The notes beneath the pieces were generated by a model. That model saw nothing but the letters and a program-made list of their open reading frames with translations. It did not search any database and was not told the DNA's origin. 41,524 bases of DNA from Perkinsus chesapeaki ATCC PRA-425 (lineage: Eukaryota; Protista; Perkinsozoa): assembly GCA_013115145.1 (NCBI GenBank), contig JAAPAO010000299.1, positions 1 through 41,524 on the forward strand. The letters are read 5' to 3'. Below, one piece after another: positions 33,152 through 41,524 of this stretch (its first letter is position 1; each line of letters opens with the position of its first letter). Both the position numbers and the translations under genes were made by a program.

Positions 33152-35197
33152 TTAAAGCGGTGTCAAGAGAGATGATGACCTCAACTCATGCCGCGTCTGT
33201 GCGCCTGCCAGCTGGCACTGCCGCAAGCCATGACGCTCCAACGCCGCCTCTCCTCGCTCCCTCAGAGCTGGTATCCACTTCACGCATGGCAGATATCCCC
33301 TCATACCCCGTACTAGATCCTCCTTGTCTGACGGGCTGACATCCTCCAATATGCGCAATAGGAAAAGCTGCTCCCGCTTGACCCCACCAAAGAGGACTCT
33401 GGGGTGGATCCCCAACACCCGACCGACATATCTCAGGTCCCTACGGAATCTCACACAGCAATAAACCCTCAAAGCCCAGAGGGACTCCCAAAGGTCCTCA
33501 CTAACCTCTCTTAACCGTCCTAGCAGTTCCTCAACGCTTATCAGTATAGCCTTGTCGATGCCCTTCATTTCTGCGGTCAAGCTTGAGCCCACAAGCTGCT
33601 CTATTTTACCTAGACTTGTTCGCTCCAACAATCGCACCTTCGGTCGCAATAGCGCAGGAAAGCCAGGAGGCATTTCCTCCAGCGGGACCAGGTCTGACAT
33701 TGGTACTTCACTCAGGCTCGGTAGATTGCCGAGCAGCCTCAGCATGAGCCGTGTTGCAAAAGCGTGGAACTCCTCGGCTGGTAGCCCTTCCTGTACGGCT
33801 TGAATGCTAGAGAAGCACCTAGGCTCGGGTGCCGCTGCCTCTCGGTTAGTCTGGTAAACTCGAGCGGGACAGCCGCCGCCTCCGCCGCCGCAGCAGGCCC
33901 ACAGTGTTCGCATCAACGGAGCCGCCTCAGGGTTCCCCTGGGCTGCAACGAATGCCCTGCACGGAGATTCCCTATAAGCTCTCACGACCAGACGATGCAA
34001 CATATCCTTATTAATGGCCCCTTTACCAAGGACTGTGACGGCGTCCATTGGGGGACTACTCAGGCGCCAGCATTCCACGGTGCTCTCGGTCTCTACCGCG
34101 ATACGCGGTAGTTGCTCGCTTGTTGCATTCATAGGGTACACCCGGCGCTCCGGCTGACTTACTGGAGGCAGGCAGAGTCCAGCCACAGTTAGTTCACACG
34201 AGATTGTGTTAGCGATGGTTACACCGAACTGATGAGAAGCGAGCATCACCAATGGTACGCCTGTGGGGAAGTAGCCAAGGCTGGCGATGGGGTCGGTTAA
34301 AGTAGGAATTGGAATACGGCGAACAAAGGGAGGCCTGTGGAAGGCCATAAAGGTATCGAAATCGAGCAAGACAAGAAGGCCAGATATCACCACAGCTACC
34401 TCACACCCACGCACTGCCACATGAACCCATGAGGTTCCTACAGCTACATCCAGAACCAGGGCTATCGGGCCAGGCATGTCCACCGTGTTCAAGACCACCG
34501 CCAGTCCAGTGTCCTCTACGATGCCGTCATACTGGGTGCAGAGGTCACAGCATCGACCTGGAGATTGCGAATGATACACCCCAGCTGTCCCACAGCGATA
34601 TAATGGTCTATTTGCCACCTCTGAGCATGCGTGCAGACTGGCGCTCATACCGCTCTTTTCTACAATCGCCGCTTGAACATGGCTCAACCTCGGCACCAAA
34701 GACACTGCTTCCCTCGACACTGTACACCCCGACACCGTATACACCTCCGTCGAAACACCATCGCTTGTCCACACTATCCCCTCCTGAAGGATCGCAGCTT
34801 CCTCCTCAGACGAGCACCATGCGTGTATGCTCTGGCTTATACACCGACTTAAACGCCTAGCGCCACACAGGCTAATGCAGTCCAGACCCTCATTACCTAC
34901 ACGCTGCTTTGGCGGCGGCCTCCACAGCCACGACGGCAAAGGGCTTATCCCATAGCGCGGTCTATAGATACGAGCCGAGCCTTGCCCTTCCTCTTCGTGT
35001 GACAGCAGCAGCACATCGCCGTTCACCGATGACTGCAGTGCAGCGGTCGATAGCTCCTCAGCGTACATTCTTTTAACCCTACCCCATGGTACTCCTACAT
35101 CATCCGAAGATGCCTCTGTAACTCTCTCCAACACTGAGGATGCCAAAAATGGCTCATCGTCCAGACTAGAGTCCTCCATGGTGGACGAATATGACAT
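33152..35197 (-). CDS. 681-aa single-ORF hypothetical protein
   Basis: Uninterrupted 2046-nt ORF; beta-strand-like N-terminal half and Leu-rich helical C-terminal half; no family recognised. Confidence 0.75.
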   Translation of the reverse strand: MSYSSTMEDSSLDDEPFLASSVLERVTEASSDDVGVPWGRVKRMYAEELSTAALQSSVNGDVLLLSHEEEGQGSARIYRPRYGISPLPSWLWRPPPKQRVGNEGLDCISLCGARRLSRCISQSIHAWCSSEEEAAILQEGIVWTSDGVSTEVYTVSGCTVSREAVSLVPRLSHVQAAIVEKSGMSASLHACSEVANRPLYRCGTAGVYHSQSPGRCCDLCTQYDGIVEDTGLAVVLNTVDMPGPIALVLDVAVGTSWVHVAVRGCEVAVVISGLLVLLDFDTFMAFHRPPFVRRIPIPTLTDPIASLGYFPTGVPLVMLASHQFGVTIANTISCELTVAGLCLPPVSQPERRVYPMNATSEQLPRIAVETESTVECWRLSSPPMDAVTVLGKGAINKDMLHRLVVRAYRESPCRAFVAAQGNPEAAPLMRTLWACCGGGGGGCPARVYQTNREAAAPEPRCFSSIQAVQEGLPAEEFHAFATRLMLRLLGNLPSLSEVPMSDLVPLEEMPPGFPALLRPKVRLLERTSLGKIEQLVGSSLTAEMKGIDKAILISVEELLGRLREVSEDLWESLWALRVYCCVRFRRDLRYVGRVLGIHPRVLFGGVKREQLFLLRILEDVSPSDKEDLVRGMRGYLPCVKWIPALRERGEAALERHGLRQCQLAGAQTRHELRSSSLLTPL

Positions 35198-35316
35198 TGT
35201 TCAAACAACCTAAGTTGGCCCCTACCCAAGAAACGCAACAGAGAGCTAGCTCGAGATGCCTCAAACGTAACGCGATGGAAACTATGCTACTGTGCATCGC
35301 TCCGCTATAATATTTC

Positions 35317-35948
35317 TCAGTTTTCAGCATCGGACATCTCCACCTCCTCAATCTCCTCACCCTCTGCTGCCTGTGGTACCGTCACTATTACTCGTCGCTT
35401 CGGCTTGGATGCGGCCTGCCATGGCATATCCCTATCGCCCCTTCCCACCAGTACTACATTGTTTCCTCTCCGCCTCGGTTTAAATGTACCATCGGCTCGG
35501 GCCACTACGTCCGACTTTGTCCGGGCGAAGGCAATCCTCTGATAACCACACCTTCACTCAATGTCATACCAAACCTCTTACCAATGGTTTATCAAGGAAA
35601 GGGAAACCGTTGAGCGTCTTCATCGCCAAAGCAGCATTGGAGGCATCTCGAAAGGCAATCTAATCCGAGTTTCAATCACTAACAATGCTGCCTTTCCTTC
35701 CATATTACAAACGCTTGTCCCCTCCTCGATTGGCTCTTCCCAGCATACACTGCTAGGACCGGACCGAAACTAGCGAATAGCTCGAACAACAGAGGCTTCA
35801 GATCTGAGCATCCCACCGGTCATCCGCATCAATCCCCCATATTACTACCGTCCAACTTTATCTTATCGTTTAGATTATTGACGTACAGTGTATTATTGAT
35901 GCCTCCTCCAAGACCCGCCCCCTGCTTCTGACGATTCGCTGTGGCCAT
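35317..35948 (-). CDS. U1A/U2B''/SNF-family snRNP protein with a single RRM; 4 exons
   Basis: Spliced product NNTLYVNNLNDKIKLDDLKPLLFELFASFGPVLAVYAGKSQSRRGQAFIAFRDASNAALAMKTLNGFPFLDKPLRIAFARTKSDVVARADGTF matches U1A/U2B'' RRM1 including its C-terminal helix. No second RRM before the stop. Confidence 0.9.
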
Positions 35949-36061
35949 GTTAGTGCTGCTGCTCCTCTACTATTAATGAGCTCCGTTAAAGTGATAACAA
36001 AACAACTACCAAATGTGCTGGGAAAATACTATATAGGATAATAATGGATATGATACGGTGA

Positions 36062-37190
36062 CTAAGTCCAAGTAAACTTTTTGATGATCGGCTGAGCATC
36101 CCTTTCCAGCTGCTTCCTCGGCGACTCTCCTTTCGAATGCCGTCGCTTCGTTATCTACCAAATAGCGGTTCGCGCTACCCTCCACAATGACTGCCTACCT
36201 TGCCCATAGGATCACCCTCTTCATCAGAGGATGAACTGCTACTGCTACCCACCGACTCCCGATCAGAGCCACCAGAGCTGGAGCCACTACTCGACCTGAA
36301 ACATCTCAACTGCATAGGGCAACATGCTCCCAGTATAGTACCCTGCCCCGCTGCTTGAGGACCCACTGCTGGAGTTGTTATCATCGACTTCCTCTGAGGA
36401 CTCTGACGATGATGATGCGTTGTCATTGATAAAGTTATCAAACTCCCCAGGCTTCTTTTCCTTCTTGGGCGCTGAAACATTAGCAAACAAAATGATCGCT
36501 CGACCAGCAGACCGGCCCCTAGGAAGCAATTTTGTGGCGCGCGAAATATTGCCCAAAGCCACCGATTACTACTCCGTTTGCTCTTCTTTGTACGTCCAAG
36601 TGCCTTCTCAGCTACTTCCTCATTATCGGCGAATCTGAAGATCCAATCGATGCCTGACGAATCCCTATCATCTATCCTAGAAGTTCCGAACATTGGGATA
36701 GCAACGCACTCGAGATTTCTATCGCTCGTTCGATCGATTTGATAAAATCATCGACACCACATCTCTATGGAGAAAGCGCTGAGTACAGTGGTAGCTACTG
36801 CTGATGCTCCATCATCCCAAGGTACTACGTTCCATCGGTGAAGCATTGCTTGTCCTTCTTGGGCAGTTTATTGAACAACTCCGCGTATTGATTCTTGGTG
36901 TACTTCTGGTCAGGGGCCTGCGTGCAAATTATACTATAACATAGCTAACACCCTCGCAACGTGAAAGACGCACAAGTTTATATAAAAACGCCGAAGGAAA
37001 GTCCAAGAGGTGATAATCGACCGAGCTCCTTCTATAAAGGCGAGCGGCTATGTCGAGTTCAGCAGGAAGTTGCCGAGTGGATCGAAGAGAGAAATATAGC
37101 TAATCCATAGCTTACTTTGTGTTTCATCATCTTAATGAAGTTGGCCAATCCTGTAGTATTCTCGTTAACAGATCGCCTGAAATAACATTA
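36062..37190 (-). CDS. Hypothetical multi-exon protein with Ser/acidic low-complexity C-terminal region; start uncertain
   Basis: Coding-like exons (APDQKYTKNQYAELFNKLPKKDKQCF; DDFIKSIERAIEIS; GIDWIFRFADNEEVAEKALGRTKKSK; KKEKKPGEFDNFIND plus poly-Ser) ending KQLERDAQPIIKKFTWT*. Confidence 0.55.
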
Positions 37191-37538
37191 ATAGTAGAGA
37201 AGCGATAACAAGGGAAAGCCTGAGGCAAAATAACGACATATTCAACGAAAAAGCCGTCACTGAGAGCCTACGAGAAGGCCAGCTCAAATTTCAACCCAAC
37301 CAGAGCATCCAACGATTCAGACACAGAAAGAGACTTCTCACCCGGTCAAATGGAATTGAAGCGCTCTAGGCCGGACGAGACAGATAAATAGAGCTCACAA
37401 GGGCAATGACCAACCTCCACTCTTAGGTCTAGGGAGTTTCGTGGCGCGCTCCTTGGAGCCGTTATTAGCGAAATGGGCAATGAACAAAGGGCAACTCTTC
37501 CAAAGTGGGCAAAGTGAGGCAGAGCGATCCACGACGAC

Positions 37539-38108
37539 TTAGTACTTCATTTTTTCGACTTTCCTCTGCTCCTGCTTGACCTGAGTCTCCAAGTCCTTCC
37601 GCGCCTCTCTCTCCGCCTTATCTCGCGTCTGTCGCCTAGTTTTGAGATCTTGGTACCTGATAGATGGGAGCTTCCCTTACGAACGTATTTACAGTAAAAT
37701 CGACTGGACCGACCAAAGAAACGGGGAACCGAAGGGGGACTTACGGGAGGTTAAGACTCTTGTAAGATTCTTCGGCGAGGGAGCCTGTGAAATTAGCTAT
37801 TTTCCCCCACATGGTTGCGTAACTGAAAAACACAGAAAATGCCCCTCGGAAGCATATAGAGCAACTAAGGCCGAAATGAGCCATAAGATACAAAATAGGT
37901 TAAGAAGGCGACCAATCGGAAAACTATAAACGCGCGAAACTTACGCAACTGAAAACTTTCGCCATGATATAGGTTCGGGATTCTCGTAAGTCGACAAGCT
38001 GGTTGGACGCTTCCGTTTGGCGCCTTTAGATCGAGGTCCAGAACTCTTAGGGCTGCTTGGCGGTGAAGGCCGAGACCGGTTAGTGACCGTTGGAGAGGAA
38101 GCTGACAT
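37539..38108 (-). CDS. Small hypothetical basic protein; multi-exon
   Basis: MSASSPTVTNRSRPSPPSSPKSSGPRSKGAKRKRP... spliced to YATMWGKIANFTGSLAEESYKSLNLP and a charged tail YQDLKTRRQTRDKAEREARKDLETQVKQEQRKVEKMKY*. Confidence 0.55.
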
Positions 38109-38604
38109 TATACCGATAAGGTAGGGCAGCTACACGCGAAGAAGATGATGAAAGGAGGGCAGAAAAGCAGCATCTTTAAAACCGACGAGACGATCGTTTG
38201 GGACTCAGCGCACGCCTATACAATCGATTTAAATTGCGGTAGAAAGGAAATCGAGACGGCCTGTGATTAAGCTTGCCGCGCAGTGGGGACTCTATTCAAC
38301 CTTTGAGGAATCTTGTAGGGAGGGAGATACGCTTAGGAGGCATATCACTGTAGCGATCACGAGCGAGAATCCACTCGCTAAGTGAAGGAGACGGCGCGTT
38401 TGACATGTTTTACTTGAAAAGGCATTACTATCCCCCCTCACAATGCCACCAGCTCCCTCACTCTGTTTCCCCTTCTTCAACAGCGAGCATGGCCTCCCTG
38501 GTGCCTTCAGGCGGAGAAGTAACTCCGAGGGCTGGCCGAAGCTTGCACGGTGATGTCATCTTTTCCTATTAGGGCGGTCGTCTCTTATCGAGCACGGGGA
38601 GGCC

Positions 38605-40457
38605 ATGGAGGTTATGAAGCGGTTGAAGCGGGAGAACTCGGACCTTGTCACCGTGGACCCCAACAGTGTAGCTCCCTGGGCGAATCTTCCAGGTGGAGGA
38701 GAGCGTCGGATGAGTGCGGCTCACAACCACCATAACCACAATCCTGAGGTATCTTTAGAGCTATCGTCGGAGAGAAAGATTCCCAACAGGTTCACAAGGA
38801 GGAAATTAAGAGCTGTCCTGTAGAAGAGACCGCTAAGATTGCTGAGCACGACAAGACAATCGATGAACTGGCTAGAGAATGTGAGAGCCTCCGGGGTTCG
38901 AAAGCTGATTAATTTCGCACTCCAACAGGTTCCACTATAGTTGACGGCAAGCAAGTTACGCCAAGTTCGAATAAGGATACCACGGTCGAACCTGCACCGA
39001 AAACGAGAAGGAAAGTAACCATACTAGTGGCAGAAACGCTTTGTTAACTCTCCCGGCTCAGAGCATAAAAGAACTCCTCATCCCCAGCACTGCTGCTGTA
39101 GCGCCGGTCAATACAACAGACGATAAAGCAAAACCAACAACGAAAAAGGCTAAACAAAGCAAAAAGAAAAATAGCAAAGACCGCCGCGATAGCGCTACAA
39201 TGTGGGAGGGACCTGACCAAACTGTGGCCTTCTTCGACTGGGACGACACCCTCTTTCCGACCAGTTGGTAAGGGCGGCGGCATTCCGGTGGTTAGTGACT
39301 CCCTTTTGATAGGATTAAATGGTGCAGTCCGGAACTTGTATGGAATGAGCCTTGCCCAGATGACCCGAAGTCAGATGCTCCTTCCACGGTTTACCAAGAA
39401 TACCAAAAAGTCAGGTACTTGGAGCCTCTTCGAGAGTGCGATCGAGCGGCTTCCCAGTTACTGAGGGAAGCTAAAAAATATGCTAATGTAGCCTAATCCT
39501 CTACCTCCTGGTGGGCGAAAGATTCTCCCTAGGTCGGTATTGTGACATTGGCCTCTGCTCCTTGGTGTACAATATCTGTTAAGAACTTCATGCCCGAGCT
39601 GGAGAGGACGATCGAGGAGCTACAGATTCCTATTATGTACGCTGGAACTACCATTGACAAGCAGTTAGCCGCACAACTCAAAACAGACGGGGTACGTATT
39701 ATATAATGACGCAAATTACAGTGTATACTCAGTACTGTGTAAATACCATTAAGAAGGAGAGAGCAATGGACTTTATGTTGTCAAGATTCTATGGAAAGTA
39801 GGGTTAGTGACGAGCCTCTCCAGCAATAGGGACATCCGTAGATACGCTAAGCAATCTTGGAAGAACGTTATCTCAATTGGTGATGCGAGATATGAACGTT
39901 ACGCTCTCCAAAACGCTGTTCGATCCCACGATAACGACTCCAAGAAGTGCCGTACCAAGACTCTAAAAATGATGTCTGGTACTTACCTCGTCCTTACTTC
40001 CTCCTACACGGGCAGTTTGTTGTCCAGGTCCTGAGATTGAGCAGTTGACGGCTCAGCATAAGATACTTACTGCATGGTTGCCGGCGATGATATCCAAGGA
40101 CGAGAACTTCGATGTGGATATGGACAATGATTCTGGTGTGTTGAGGTCTATTCACAAGTATCTTACGGGTGAGATATCGATGCTGGTGAGAGTGTGCTAT
40201 TTAATGATGCAGGTGAAGATGTCGAGGGGCTTGGAAGACCGATAAAGAAACCTGTGACAGCCGAGAAGAAGAGCGAAACTGAAGCTGTTGAGCCAGCAGC
40301 AGTGCAAGAGGAAGAAAAGGCTGAAGCATTTAGCGGGAATAAGGAGGACAAAAAGGAAGATGTCAAAAACGATAACAGAGAACCTTTTTTGGCAGCTAGT
40401 GACGATTCTGATACGCACGACCTCTACGGTGTGGTACCGAATGCTGTCAGTCGGTAA
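38605..40457 (+). CDS. HAD-superfamily hydrolase-like protein (DWDDT type); multi-exon
   Basis: Motif I AFFDWDDTLFPTSW (39233-39250), motif II IVTLA, motif IV NVISIGDARYER (39873-39884), then KTLKMM; charged N- and C-terminal tails. Confidence 0.8.
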
Positions 40458-40799
40458 CCGAGTCACCGCTGTTTCTCAAACCTTATCAGAGTACGATTCT
40501 TTTGCCGCACGCTTTTCCATTTGTTTATCAAAGCTTATTTGATCGGCGCATTTATGATGGTATGTGGCCAGAATGGTCCCCATTTTCCCCGTTGTCCGCG
40601 CCATGCCGTAATTCTGTATTTAACACGGTCATGATCAACCCATTGTGCTGTTGTGAACGAGAAAGCATTGTGTTTGCAGTGAACTGCAGGAGGGGCCCTA
40701 ACGAATGCCTTAAAGGCGTTACAGTAGGACATGATAACCGAAATGGACCATAGCCATCACGACACAACCGCGTTTGCTATTACAAGTAAAAGACACCTT

Positions 40800-41524
40800 A
40801 AACGTACACAAAAATTGCTTTGGTCGTAGATAAGGGCCGTTTATTGGGCAGACTCCGCAAGCACTGGCGATGGCATCGACCACGTAGGCACGTTGACCGA
40901 GACATCATGGGTATAGGAAATCTCAGATGAGCCATTGATATTCCATTACGAGAGGCCCGGAGCGGAAGGGATAACAGGTTTGGGAGGATGGATGCCGCAT
41001 CTGCCAAGCCCCGGGATTGTTGTGAGCAGCTTGGGACATCTTACGCTGGGCCACCCAGCAGGTGTAGTTCTCACCTCATACCTTCGCTGTTTTAGTTGCC
41101 TAATCTAGCTCCCAAGCATGCGGCAATTCCGTACAGCCTTTGTGCCATGGACCCCTCTTCTGCCAAGCACCGGGCAGCATACTGTCATGTTTTCTGAATA
41201 GCTCATTCTTGAGCTGTCAATTCAGTTATCTTGTATTTATCTGCTCCACAGTAGGGCTCACCATGGTCTTCGCCCATCTGCTTCATGATGCGGTTGTCCA
41301 AACGTCTTTTTATAGACCATGTACGCTTTCAGACGACACGTATCAGTAGCTCTCATCTCAGTTCATCACCACTCCTTGTCTCCCGAAGACCGGAGTAAGC
41401 CTACTGCCAGCACCTGCAGCTCCGTTACTGAGTGAATAGGCGTTATTTATATGTGCTGTTCCGTAGAACTGTAACCAACTCAAACGCGCAAAGCAATAAA
41501 CCAGATACTTGTCCTTTGAGGCCT
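40800..41524 (-). CDS. Probable partial multi-exon gene running off the right edge; unidentified
   Basis: Coding-like segments (LKAYMVYKKTFGQPHHEADGRRPW; LKNELFRKHDSMLPGAWQKRGPWHKG) bounded by GT/AG; no full model could be built. Confidence 0.3.

Noticed and set aside
26179-35948. Apparent clustering of RNA-related genes (SLBP, uL16, U1A/U2B'')
   Set aside because: They act in different pathways and compartments and are interleaved with unrelated genes; no evidence of a functional cluster.
1-41524. tRNA, rRNA, snRNA genes or CRISPR-like arrays
   Set aside because: None recognisable by eye; a covariance-model scan (Infernal/tRNAscan-SE) of intergenic stretches such as 11540-12200 would be needed to exclude small ncRNAs.

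Overview
Intron-rich eukaryotic protist genomic DNA. It is most consistent with a perkinsid alveolate (Perkinsus-like); this is inferred from dense GT-AG introns of about 40-55 nt and an alveolate-type CCCH protein, and is not verified. Bases 1-5.4 kb hold a decayed tandem duplication and an integrase-like retroelement remnant. About 18 compactly spaced genes follow. Plus strand: a BRCT-containing family X DNA polymerase, a poly-Q CCCH zinc-finger protein and a CRAL-TRIO/Sec14 protein. Minus strand: dynein light chain LC8. Plus strand: an intronless perilipin-like 11-mer-repeat protein, a hypothetical protein, an EDRF1-like protein and a Neuralized(NHR)x2-FHA protein. Then about 15.5 kb of consecutive minus-strand genes: SOL/calpain-15-like protease, SLBP-domain protein, hypothetical, BTB protein, mitochondrial uL16, a 681-aa orphan, single-RRM U1A/U2B'' and two hypotheticals. 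A plus-strand HAD-like protein and a partial minus-strand gene end the window. The N-gap at 29.85 kb looks like a false gap: the ~100 nt to its left is a low-quality copy of the sequence to its right. Best leads: the perilipin-like protein, a linear motif pair shared by two unrelated proteins (V[KR]xTF[IL]xFTD...RSxP), and a Pol X with a long acidic Loop1 and an HFTGS motif. Exon structures and family calls were made by eye; no searches were run.
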